From an uncultured Candidatus Saccharibacteria bacterium (GTDB lineage: Bacteria; Patescibacteriota; Minisyncoccia; Phycocordibacterales; JACOZG01), in the NCBI GenBank assembly GCA_964444555.1, contig CAYUHC010000003.1:1-46830 (forward strand): a stretch of DNA of 46,830 bases, in the 5' to 3' direction. The translations under genes and the position numbers were made by a program. The notes below the pieces were generated by a model. That model was not told the DNA's origin. It worked only from the letters and a program-made list of their open reading frames with translations, and searched no databases. Positions 16,965-25,212 of the stretch are shown in pieces (the first letter of the stretch is position 1; the number at the start of each line of letters is the position of its first letter).

Positions 16965-16993
16965 CCCGCGTTCGAAAGAGCGCGGGATTTTTG
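16965..16993 (+). terminator. strong rho-independent terminator closing the three-gene cassette
   Basis: cccgcgttc / gagcgcggg forms a 9-bp stem (one G-U pair) with a GAAA tetraloop, followed by atttttgtt. Confidence 0.8.
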
Positions 16994-17008
16994 TTACACT
17001 TTTATCAT

Positions 17009-17644
17009 ATGGAAGATTTGACTAGACAGGCCGATCAAAAAATCCGCGAATGGGCAGCGAGAAAAGATAAGCTAGTGGTCGCAATTGACGGCTATACCGG
17101 CGTGGGAAAAACCACTCTGCTGGATAATCTAACTAAACAGAATCCTGATATTGTTCCGGTACATTGGGATGATTTTCTAATGTCCAGTCGAGAATGGGAG
17201 GAAAAATTGAAGAATGATGCCGGGCGGGCGGAAGTCTGTCCGACCAGCCACACCGATCACGACAGAATTGAAAAAGTGATTACCGATTTTAGAAATCAAA
17301 ATGGGATTTACCAAACTAATATTTTTAATCCGCAGACCGGGGAAGTAGACACGCCAATTGAGTATGACTTTTCCAAAAAGATTTTGGTGATGGACGGCGT
17401 CTTTGTGTTCCATCCCAAACTTTTAAACCATCTCTGGGATAAACGAATCTATGTTGACGGCGATACCGATGAAATAGACCGTCGCCGGGTCGCCCGAGAG
17501 AAAGCACGCTGGGGCGAGAAATATTTTCCCGAAACTCATCCCGACTCCCACTTCCGCAAACTCACGATCGCTCTAAAAAAATATCGGGCCGAGCACAAAC
17601 CAGAAGAAAAAGCAGATTTAGTGCTTCACAACACCGACGAATAA
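17009..17644 (+). CDS. P-loop kinase, uridine kinase/phosphoribulokinase-like family
   Basis: Walker A in VVAIDGYTGVGKTTLL, ILVMDGVFVFHP and RIYVDGDTDEIDRRRVARE resemble the Udk/PRK fold. The ATG at 17009 is preferred over the TTG at 16991, which lies in the terminator. No obvious SD. Confidence 0.55.
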   Translation: MEDLTRQADQKIREWAARKDKLVVAIDGYTGVGKTTLLDNLTKQNPDIVPVHWDDFLMSSREWEEKLKNDAGRAEVCPTSHTDHDRIEKVITDFRNQNGIYQTNIFNPQTGEVDTPIEYDFSKKILVMDGVFVFHPKLLNHLWDKRIYVDGDTDEIDRRRVAREKARWGEKYFPETHPDSHFRKLTIALKKYRAEHKPEEKADLVLHNTDE

Positions 17645-18151
17645 TTAAAAGATTCCCAGAGTTTGGACTTTTTTCAGAAGAAAAGTATCTCTTTCGACAA
17701 CATACTTACTCTCGTGATTATTGGCCCGGCTTTCCATGAGTTCAATAGCTTTATCCAACGGCATCCAAATTGCATCCTGAAAACCATTATCTAGTTCATG
17801 TTGAGTAAAAGTAGCTTTCTGCTTTTCGCCTTTTGTTTTGCCGACGTAGCAATAGGAAGTTTGGACGAGAGAAAACTCGGCTCGATACTCCATTACCGAA
17901 CCTAGTTCCCGAATTACCTCCACATCTGTACCGATCTCCTCCAAACATTCTCGACGGAAAGCCTCTACCTTATCCTCACCATTTTCGATTCCTCCTCCGG
18001 GAAGTTTATAATAGTTATGAGCAGTTACGGGAAGAAGCGCTACATTTTTATTTTCATCAAAGACCACGCCTCTGGCGGCAAATCTCGTCCTCAGATTAGC
18101 GGCGGCTTTGTCAGTGATATTGCTTGGATTTAACTTAAGAATTTGTTCCAT
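17645..18151 (-). CDS. NUDIX hydrolase
   Basis: The Nudix box GGGIENGEDKVEAFRRECLEEIG matches GX5EX7REUXEEXGU. Confidence 0.85.
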   Translation of the reverse strand: MEQILKLNPSNITDKAAANLRTRFAARGVVFDENKNVALLPVTAHNYYKLPGGGIENGEDKVEAFRRECLEEIGTDVEVIRELGSVMEYRAEFSLVQTSYCYVGKTKGEKQKATFTQHELDNGFQDAIWMPLDKAIELMESRANNHESKYVVERDTFLLKKVQTLGIF

Positions 18152-18191
18152 ATTCTTCGACGCTTCTCGTGCGTACAGACCTCGCTCGACT

Positions 18192-18266
18192 TGGTGACCC
18201 TACGGGGAGTCGAACCCCGATTACCACCGTGAGAGGGTGATGTCCTAGCCATTAGACGATAGGGCC
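18192..18266 (-). tRNA. tRNA-Glu (anticodon CUC), CCA encoded
   Basis: The reverse complement GGCCCTATCGTCTAATGGCTAGGACATCACCCTCTCACGGTGGTAATCGGGGTTCGACTCCCCGTAGGGTCACCA folds as a cloverleaf. It has a 7-bp acceptor stem, D arm GTCT/GGAC, anticodon loop CTCTCAC, a 4-nt variable loop and T arm CGGGG-TTCGACT-CCCCG. Confidence 0.9.
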
Positions 18267-18345
18267 GTTCGGCAGTAATGGTACCATATTTTTATTCGTT
18301 CGCAACCGTTGGTCGGCGCTGGGGCGCGTGGTACGATAGAGAGCA

Positions 18346-19422
18346 ATGGAAACAAGTTTTTATGTTTTAGCGGGACTCCTGGTGGTGGCGATTGGGGTCA
18401 TTGTGTGGCTCTGGCGTCGCCGCCAAGAGAGCTCGGCGCCCGGCTCTGATCAGGGCCTTCTCTTGATCCAGAGTCAGTTGGCCGAGCAGGCACGAGCCAT
18501 TAGTGAGTTTGGTCGGCTCATGGACGGCAAGCTTACCGAGTCGAGTCGGTGGATGCAGGATTCCCTGCGGAGTCAATTTTCCGAATCAACCAAAATTATT
18601 CGCGAGATTACCACCGAGTTGGCGCGAGTAGGCGAGGGGCAAAAGCAGGTGATGAACTTTACCGAACAGCTCCGCGACTTGCAGGATATTTTAAAAAATC
18701 CCAAGCAGCGCGGGATTTTGGGCGAGTATTATTTGGAGACTTTGTTAAAAAATGTTTTGCCGCCAGGCTCTTTCCAGATGCAATATCCGTTTCCGGATGG
18801 GACGATCGTGGACGCGGCGGTTTTCGTGCGCGACAAGATTATTCCCGTCGACTCCAAGTTTTCGCTCGAAAACTATAATCGCTTAGTCGCCGAGCGTGAT
18901 CCGGCCGAGCGCGAGCGACTCGAAAAGCTTTTCGTCAACGATCTCAAATTGCGAATTCAGGAGACGGCCAAGTATATCCAGCCGGAGCGGGGGACGCTCG
19001 AGTTTGCCTTTATGTTTATTCCGCACGAGGCCATTTATTACGATCTCTTGGTTAGCACAGTGGGCGCGCTTAAGGATGATACAGAAAATTTGATTCAACG
19101 GGCGGCCAGCAAGTATCACGTCATTATCGTTTCGCCCACCTCGTTCTTGGCTTACCTGCAAACCGTGCTTCAAGGTTTAAACGCGATGAAGATTGAGGAA
19201 AAGGCGCAAGAGATTGTTAAGCGCGTCGCGGAGCTTGGCAAGCATCTTAAGGCCTATGAGGAGTATCACGTTAAGTTGGGTAATTCGCTCGGCACGGTGG
19301 TTAACCATTTTAATAACGGCAGTAAGGAGCTAAAAAAGATCGATAAGGACGTTTTGCGGATCTCTGGCGCCGCCCCGGGATTGGCGATTGAGTTGGTGGA
19401 CAGTCCACAGCGTGAGGAATAG
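18346..19422 (+). CDS. rmuC: DNA recombination protein RmuC
   Basis: N-terminal TM helix, long coiled-coil, and a C-terminal nuclease-like core (GILGEYYLETLL ... FAFMFIPHEAIYYDL ... VIIVSPTSFLAYLQTV). Confidence 0.85.
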   Translation: METSFYVLAGLLVVAIGVIVWLWRRRQESSAPGSDQGLLLIQSQLAEQARAISEFGRLMDGKLTESSRWMQDSLRSQFSESTKIIREITTELARVGEGQKQVMNFTEQLRDLQDILKNPKQRGILGEYYLETLLKNVLPPGSFQMQYPFPDGTIVDAAVFVRDKIIPVDSKFSLENYNRLVAERDPAERERLEKLFVNDLKLRIQETAKYIQPERGTLEFAFMFIPHEAIYYDLLVSTVGALKDDTENLIQRAASKYHVIIVSPTSFLAYLQTVLQGLNAMKIEEKAQEIVKRVAELGKHLKAYEEYHVKLGNSLGTVVNHFNNGSKELKKIDKDVLRISGAAPGLAIELVDSPQREE

Positions 19423-19444
19423 AGGAGTAGCGGCCAAAAAGAAA

Positions 19445-19482
19445 CCGCCAGTTCCCATGGGGATAATCTGGCGGGTTGTTTG
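19445..19482 (+). terminator. terminator candidate after rmuC
   Basis: ccgccag / ctggcgg forms a 7-bp stem with a 16-nt loop, followed by a weak U tract, gttgtttg. Confidence 0.4.
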
Positions 19483-19659
19483 AGGCGTGCGGCACCCTGT
19501 TTCTTGCATTTTGGCGCGGTCAAGGGTGCCGCAGCGAGTGGAAGTTCGATTCGGAGACCAAGGCCTCCTGTGGGGTACAATAGCATACAAAAAGTAGGTG
19601 CGCAACTATTTGATTTTATGCTAGAGTAAGAGACGGAATCTTAATTGGAGGAACTTAAA

Positions 19660-20394
19660 ATGCTGAAAGGAAAAACCATTGTAGTGATTGGGGCAACGGG
19701 GGGGTTGGGTTGGCCGCTATCGAAGTATTTAAGCAGTCAGGGAGCCAACTTGGTGCTGGTGTCGCGCGGGCAAGATAAGCTTAATGAGCTGTTGGGAGAG
19801 ATTGGGCCCGAGCGAGCGCTGGCGATTGCGGCCGATGCTTCGGATCTGATCGCGATGCGCGATCGGGTGATCCCTCAAGCGATGAGTCGTTTTCGCTTGA
19901 TTGATGGCGTCGTCTTGTCGGCTGGTAGTTGGAGCCGCTCGGAGGTCTTGGTAAATCCCGCCGAAGAGATTTTGGCCGCGGAAGCCAAGATGCGCCAGGG
20001 CATGGTTTTGCCAACGCTAGTGCCGGCTCTGGCCTTTGCCGACCACTTTAAGGATCAGAATCACGGCCACATCTTCCACATTTCTTCTCACGTGGTTGAG
20101 CGTGCGGAATTGGCAGGTAACTTTGCCTATCGCTTGGCCAAGCAAGTTGGAAGCAATTTGATGCTCCAGTTGGCCATTCGCTTTCAGGGTGAACGTCTGT
20201 CCATCCGCACATCCGACCTGCGTCCCGGGATTATTAATACCCGAGACACCGAGGGGGTAATTCGGGAGGCGGGTTTTGATCCGGCGACGGAGGCGGTCCA
20301 GCCCGAGGTGATTGGCGAGTGGATTGCTCATCACCTCAATGATTCCGAGTCGCCCCTGATTGGTTCCTTTGCTTGTAAGGCCGTTTTGCCTTAG
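19660..20394 (+). CDS. short-chain dehydrogenase/reductase family protein
   Basis: GGAGGA lies 7 nt before the ATG at 19660. It has the Rossmann motif VIGATGGLG and a YxxxK-like segment, YRLAK. Confidence 0.75.
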   Translation: MLKGKTIVVIGATGGLGWPLSKYLSSQGANLVLVSRGQDKLNELLGEIGPERALAIAADASDLIAMRDRVIPQAMSRFRLIDGVVLSAGSWSRSEVLVNPAEEILAAEAKMRQGMVLPTLVPALAFADHFKDQNHGHIFHISSHVVERAELAGNFAYRLAKQVGSNLMLQLAIRFQGERLSIRTSDLRPGIINTRDTEGVIREAGFDPATEAVQPEVIGEWIAHHLNDSESPLIGSFACKAVLP

Positions 20395-20423
20395 CGATTT
20401 TGGCTGGGGTCACCCAGCGCCCG

Positions 20424-20467
20424 GCCCGTCGATGGAGTCCACCCCGGCTCCTCGACGGGCTTTTTTT
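20424..20467 (+). terminator. rho-independent terminator
   Basis: gcccgtcga / tcgacgggc forms a 9-bp stem, with an inner ggag/ctcc pairing, then a T7 run. Confidence 0.8.
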
Positions 20468-20510
20468 CTGCCTTGCTTTTTATTGGTAGATGTGTAAAAT
20501 AAGAGCCACT

Positions 20511-20825
20511 ATGTCATTTGCAGTAATCAAGACCGGGGGCAAGCAATACAAGGTTTCGGCTGGCGACACGCTCAAAATTGAGAAGTTGGCTGGTGCCGAA
20601 AAGGATGGCCAAGTCACTTTTGACGAAGTGCTATTGGTTGATGATGGCTCGACCACCCGCGTCGGGGAGGCGGCTTCGGGCGCCAAGGTTACGGCCACGG
20701 TAGTGGAGGAGGCCGGCCGCGCCGATAAGGTGGTAGGTATCAAGTACCGCGCCAAGAGCCGCTACCGCGTTAAGTACGGTCATCGTCAGCCCTTTACCTC
20801 GGTTAAGATCGCTGAAATAAAATAG
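20511..20825 (+). CDS. rplU: 50S ribosomal protein L21
   Basis: The MSFAVIKTGGKQYKVSAGD start is typical of L21. The ATG at 20511 is preferred over the listed start at 20490. Confidence 0.92.
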   Translation: MSFAVIKTGGKQYKVSAGDTLKIEKLAGAEKDGQVTFDEVLLVDDGSTTRVGEAASGAKVTATVVEEAGRADKVVGIKYRAKSRYRVKYGHRQPFTSVKIAEIK

Positions 20826-20852
20826 GACCTCTTTCTTGAGCGCCTTCAGGCA

Positions 20853-21482
20853 TCATTCTCGATGTTTGAGGGCGCTTTTTATTGTGTCGGGATCAGAATA
20901 CTCTAGTTCCGAACCAGTGGAGAGGCCACGGCCGAGTGTCGAAATTTTAAGCCCATGGCGTTCGGTCGTGGGGGCTAAATATTGTCGCAAAAAGTCAGCC
21001 GTATGATCGCCTTCGGTATTGGCCGAGAGGGCGAGAATAATTTCTTTTAAACCATGAGTGGTTCGGCTGGCGATTTGAGCTAAAAGTTCCGGCCCCCGGA
21101 TCCGTAGTTCGGGATTTTTTTCTAGGACGGGTACCAGCGAACCCAACACAAAGTAGTGACCCTCGTAGGTTCGCGAGCGCTCGATGGTTTCGAGGTCGGT
21201 ATCTTTTTCGACGAGCAAGAGGAGGCGGGGATCGCGTTTGGGATTGGCGCAGATCGGGCAGAGTGAGCCGGTTGTTTGATGTTCGCGTCCAGAAAAGAAG
21301 CGGTGGCAAGTCGGGCATTGGTTAACCTGGGCCCGTAATTCTTTGATCCGTTCGATCAGCGTGTGGACGTTGCTGTTTGAGGAGCGGAGGAGGTAATAGA
21401 CAAAGCGTTCCGCCTGGCGCGGTCCAATACCGGGGAATTTGCGGAACTCTTCCGCTAGTTGTTGGATCACCTTGTCGCTCAT
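20853..21482 (-). CDS. recR: recombination protein RecR
   Basis: HhH N-terminus (FPGIGPRQAERF), a C4 zinc finger (CPTCHRF...CPICANP) and a Toprim domain. Confidence 0.92.
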   Translation of the reverse strand: MSDKVIQQLAEEFRKFPGIGPRQAERFVYYLLRSSNSNVHTLIERIKELRAQVNQCPTCHRFFSGREHQTTGSLCPICANPKRDPRLLLLVEKDTDLETIERSRTYEGHYFVLGSLVPVLEKNPELRIRGPELLAQIASRTTHGLKEIILALSANTEGDHTADFLRQYLAPTTERHGLKISTLGRGLSTGSELEYSDPDTIKSALKHRE

Positions 21483-21491
21483 GGAGTGGAT

Positions 21492-22859
21492 TTAAAAGCC
21501 GCCAAAGTCGCTTTTCTCGAGCGTATTAAAGCTGGTCCGAGCCTCATCAAAGTAGAGTTGGACTTCGCCGGTTGGGCCATTGCGGTGTTTGGCGATAATG
21601 ATTTCGGCAATATTTTTTTTGTCGGAATTTTCGTTCATTTTATCTTCGCGATGGATAAACATCACCACGTCGGCGTCTTGCTCGATGGAGCCGGAGTCGC
21701 GCAGGTCAGAGAGGCGAGGCTTGCCACCGCGCTGTTCGACGGCGCGGGAGAGTTGCGAGAGGGCGAGGACGGGGGCCTCCATTTCGCGAGCGAGAGCTTT
21801 GAGCGAGCGCGAGATCTCGGTGACTTGTTGGACCAGGGAGTCGCTATCTTTTTTGGGCACCATCAGCTGGAGGTAATCGACGATGATTAGATCCAAGCCG
21901 TGTTCGGCTTTGAGTTTGCGACAGACCGACTTCATTTTAGTGATGGTATTGCCTGGCTCGTCGTCGATAAAGATTGGTGCCGTCGCGAGGCGATCAAGCG
22001 CGTCGCGGATGCGGCCAAAGTCGTCATCGGTTTTCACTTTTCCAGTGCGGAGTTGCCAGGAGTCTACCTTACTTTCGGCGGCCAAGAGGCGGTCGACGAG
22101 TTGCTGAGTGCTCATTTCGAGCGAAAAGATGCCAACGACCTTATTTTGACCACAAGCGACGTTGCGAGCGATGTCGAGCGCTAGCGAAGTTTTACCCACC
22201 GAGGGGCGAGCCGCCAAGATCACTAGGTCGGAGCGCTGGAGACCGGCTAGTTTGTTATCAATGTCGCGAAAGCCGGTCGGCACGCCCCGCATCTCACCGT
22301 CTGATTTGTGGAGCTTGTCGAGTCGTTCCCAGGCGTCAACGAGAGTGTCTTTAATTCGCGTAAAAGTTTTTTTGGAATAATGACCAATTTCCAAAATCGT
22401 TCTTTGGGCTTTGTCGAAAACGGTATCGAGATCTTCGGATTCGTTGTAACTAAGTTCCGCGATGCTATCGGCCGAAGAGATTAATTGTCGGAGAATAGAT
22501 TTTTTCTTAACAATTTCGGCGTAATACTTAACGTTGCTGGTGGAGGGGACGGCGTTAACCATTTCGGCGATGTAGGCCGCGCCGCCGATCTGTTCGATCT
22601 GTTTGCGCTCTTTTAAGTAGCCAGTCAGGGCCACCATGTCGATTGGCTCACCCTTTTCGTGAAGGGCCATCATTGCCTTGTAGATTTTGCGGTGCTTTTC
22701 GGCGTAAAAGTCGGTGCCGTCGATGACGTCCATTACTTCGTAGATGGCGTCAGGCCGGAGCATGATCGCGCCGAGCAGTGCCTGCTCGGCGCCGATATCT
22801 TGCGGCGGGATCCGGAGCGGACTTTTTACAAATTCGCCAGCTGTTCTTAGCTCACTCAT
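21492..22859 (-). CDS. dnaB: replicative DNA helicase DnaB
   Basis: PPQDIGAEQALLGAIM N-terminal motif, Walker A ARPSVGKTS, IIVDYLQLM. No intein-sized insertion (455 aa). Confidence 0.95.
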   Translation of the reverse strand: MSELRTAGEFVKSPLRIPPQDIGAEQALLGAIMLRPDAIYEVMDVIDGTDFYAEKHRKIYKAMMALHEKGEPIDMVALTGYLKERKQIEQIGGAAYIAEMVNAVPSTSNVKYYAEIVKKKSILRQLISSADSIAELSYNESEDLDTVFDKAQRTILEIGHYSKKTFTRIKDTLVDAWERLDKLHKSDGEMRGVPTGFRDIDNKLAGLQRSDLVILAARPSVGKTSLALDIARNVACGQNKVVGIFSLEMSTQQLVDRLLAAESKVDSWQLRTGKVKTDDDFGRIRDALDRLATAPIFIDDEPGNTITKMKSVCRKLKAEHGLDLIIVDYLQLMVPKKDSDSLVQQVTEISRSLKALAREMEAPVLALSQLSRAVEQRGGKPRLSDLRDSGSIEQDADVVMFIHREDKMNENSDKKNIAEIIIAKHRNGPTGEVQLYFDEARTSFNTLEKSDFGGF

Positions 22860-22909
22860 TAGGCAGATTGTACCACGCTCCCCAGGGGCAAAAAATCGAG
22901 CCCAAGTGT

Positions 22910-24256
22910 TCAGATAGTGGACATCCGGGGGATAACTTCGGTCCCGGTGGAGGTGTCGTTTAAGTCAAACCCCTGTTCGGTAATTTGCTGGCGGAGACGA
23001 TCAGCTTCGGCCCAGTTGCCAGCTTGGCGAGCGGCTTGGCGTTCGGCGACTAGTCGAGTGATTTCGGTCGGAATGACGCTGGGCGTCTTTGTACCCAACT
23101 TAAGTCCCAGTACTTGATCAAATTTTAACAGAGTCGCGACCCGTTCAGCGGGGGGGAGAGAGTCATCCTTGACTAACTGCCAGGCGAGCGCGACGGCTTC
23201 CGGCAGGTTTAGATCATTGGCCAGGCAAGTTTTAAATTTTTCTTCGTACTCGGCATTGACGGTCTGGTTTGCTGGGTCGGCGCTAGCGGCAAAGTGGTTG
23301 AGTTTTTTGAGCGCGCTTTCGGCGCCAGCCAAGGCCTCCCAGGTAAAGTTGGCCAACGAGCGATAATGAGAGGTTAGGAGCCAATAGCGGTAAGCCAGTG
23401 GAGAAATTTGCTTAGCCCTAATATCGGCGAGGGTAAAGAAGTTGCTTAAAGACTTGCTCATTTTTTGACCATTAACCATCAGGAAAGCGGAGTGGATCCA
23501 GTGTTTGGCGAAAGGTTGGCCGGTGGCGGCCTCGGATTGAGCGATTTCGTTTTCGTGGTGAGGGAAGATTAGGTCAGTGCCGCCGAGGTGGTAATCAAAG
23601 CCGGATCCCAGCTCTTTCAGACTCATGGCTGAACATTCGATGTGCCAGCCTGGTCGACCTTCACCAAAAGGGGCGGGCCAGTGATTGGGACCATCTTCGG
23701 GGGTGGGGAATTTCCAGAGCGCAAAGTCGCGATGGTCACGCTTGCCTCGCGCTGGCGTCTCACCTTGTTCGAGACCTTGATCCAGCGGTCGGCCCGAGAG
23801 TCGACCATAGGGAGCGAAAGAGCTGATCGAAAAATAGATCCCATCTTCACCGGGGTAAGCATGACCTTTTTCCATCAGCGTTTCGATTAGGGCGATCATT
23901 TCGCCTAGATGTTCGGTGGCCCGCGTCAGGGTGGTGGGAGGTAGTAGATTAAGTTCAGCAAAGTCAGTCAAAAATAATTGTTCGTAGCGTTTGGTGAGGG
24001 TGGCCAAGTCTTCGCCCTGGTTCTGGCTGGCGGCAATTGTTTTGTCGTCCACGTCAGTGATGTTCATGACGTGTTTAACTTGGCTTCCGTAATATTCGAG
24101 CGAGCGACGCAAAAGATCGGCCACGACGAGAGTCCGCCAGTTGCCCAAGTGAGCATAATCGTAGACGGTTGGACCACAAACGTAGAGCCCCACCGGCGAG
24201 TGGGGAGGGGCGGGGTCAAATTGGCGACTAAGGGTGTTGTAAAGATTTAGAACCAT
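22910..24256 (-). CDS. cysS: cysteinyl-tRNA synthetase
   Basis: HIGH-type motif (YAHLGN), KMSKS present, GWHIECS zinc/cysteine-site motif. Confidence 0.93.
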   Translation of the reverse strand: MVLNLYNTLSRQFDPAPPHSPVGLYVCGPTVYDYAHLGNWRTLVVADLLRRSLEYYGSQVKHVMNITDVDDKTIAASQNQGEDLATLTKRYEQLFLTDFAELNLLPPTTLTRATEHLGEMIALIETLMEKGHAYPGEDGIYFSISSFAPYGRLSGRPLDQGLEQGETPARGKRDHRDFALWKFPTPEDGPNHWPAPFGEGRPGWHIECSAMSLKELGSGFDYHLGGTDLIFPHHENEIAQSEAATGQPFAKHWIHSAFLMVNGQKMSKSLSNFFTLADIRAKQISPLAYRYWLLTSHYRSLANFTWEALAGAESALKKLNHFAASADPANQTVNAEYEEKFKTCLANDLNLPEAVALAWQLVKDDSLPPAERVATLLKFDQVLGLKLGTKTPSVIPTEITRLVAERQAARQAGNWAEADRLRQQITEQGFDLNDTSTGTEVIPRMSTI

Positions 24257-25155
24257 TTTTTAAATCGGGCCAATACGTACATCACAATACTCGAACCAAA
24301 CATAAGCGCAAGTACGCTGTAAAAGTCGTAGGGTTGGCCGATCAGCGGCAGTTCAGTGTTCATGCCGAAGATTTGGGGGATGACGGAGAGTGGAAAGAAG
24401 ACGAAGGCCAAAACGGTGAGTAATTTCATCGTTTCGTTAGACTTAATGGCCAGCAGGGATTCGTTGGTTTGACGTAGTTCGTTAAAGGTGCCGCGGATGC
24501 TTTCGATTGAGTTCCAGACCTTATCGTATTCACTACTTAGAGCTTGGCTATAATAATTAAATTTATCTCCAAAGAGTTCTCGGCCGGAGTAGTTTAGCGA
24601 TTGGAGGACTTCGCGATGAGTTTTGAGATTCCACTGGCAATCGAGCAAATCTCGGCTAACACCCGCCAGTTCGGTAACGACCTCGCGTTCTTTGCCCGAG
24701 AAGACTTTGGGCTCAATGGTTTTTAGGCGATTGTTGATGGCTGAGAGACTAAGATCGAGCGTGGCGTACATTTCTCGAAGGATTAAATAGAGAACGAGGC
24801 CGCCGTGGACTTTGTGATTATTCTTTTTTAAGGCCAGGTCGGTTTCAAAAATTTTAGCAAAATCTAGCAGAGAATTGATCGGTTCGTAGTGGGCGGTAAT
24901 GATAAAGTTAGATCCAACCACAAAGTCCACTTCTTGAGCTTCTTGATTTGGTCGGTCGGGGAAGTGGAGGATCAGATAAAGATAATCTTGGTAGGTGTCG
25001 ACCTTGCTCCGGCTTGAGGGGCGACGCAATTCTTCTAGCGTGAGGGGGTGGAGATTGTATTTGGTGCCCACTTCAGCCAGTTCAGTTTCCGTGGGATTTT
25101 CTAGATCCAACCAGTGGATTTCTTTGTAGGTAAACGTGCGCAACATATTCCCCAA
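24247..25155 (-). CDS. corA: CorA-family magnesium/cobalt transporter
   Basis: GMN signature (IFGMNTE) between two C-terminal TM helices. The start is TTG at 25155 or ATG at 25146. Confidence 0.88.
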   Translation of the reverse strand: MGNMLRTFTYKEIHWLDLENPTETELAEVGTKYNLHPLTLEELRRPSSRSKVDTYQDYLYLILHFPDRPNQEAQEVDFVVGSNFIITAHYEPINSLLDFAKIFETDLALKKNNHKVHGGLVLYLILREMYATLDLSLSAINNRLKTIEPKVFSGKEREVVTELAGVSRDLLDCQWNLKTHREVLQSLNYSGRELFGDKFNYYSQALSSEYDKVWNSIESIRGTFNELRQTNESLLAIKSNETMKLLTVLAFVFFPLSVIPQIFGMNTELPLIGQPYDFYSVLALMFGSSIVMYVLARFKKWF

Positions 25156-25212
25156 TAGTATAGCGTGATTCTAGTTTGACCACCAAGGGTCAATTTGGGA
25201 TAATTGAGCAAC

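Larger units (their letters stand above)
15256..18191. other. putative horizontally acquired islet between the murF terminator and tRNA-Glu
   Basis: It abuts the 3' end of a tRNA gene. Codon choice by eye (CTC/CTG Leu, TTC Phe, AGA/AGG Arg) at 15.46-16.93 kb differs from flanking genes (TTG/TTA, TTT). 17.0-18.15 kb is visibly AT-rich. No integrase or att repeat was found. Confidence 0.45.

Noticed and set aside
20839-20881. A possible rplU terminator (agcgcc / ggcgct stem followed by ttttt).
   Set aside because: The loop is about 26 nt and contains the recR stop region. The structure is too weak to call, so it is left unannotated.
21459-22380. Several 70-143-aa plus-strand ORFs antisense to dnaB.
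   Set aside because: All lie inside the high-confidence dnaB gene on the opposite strand, and none has a motif or an RBS.
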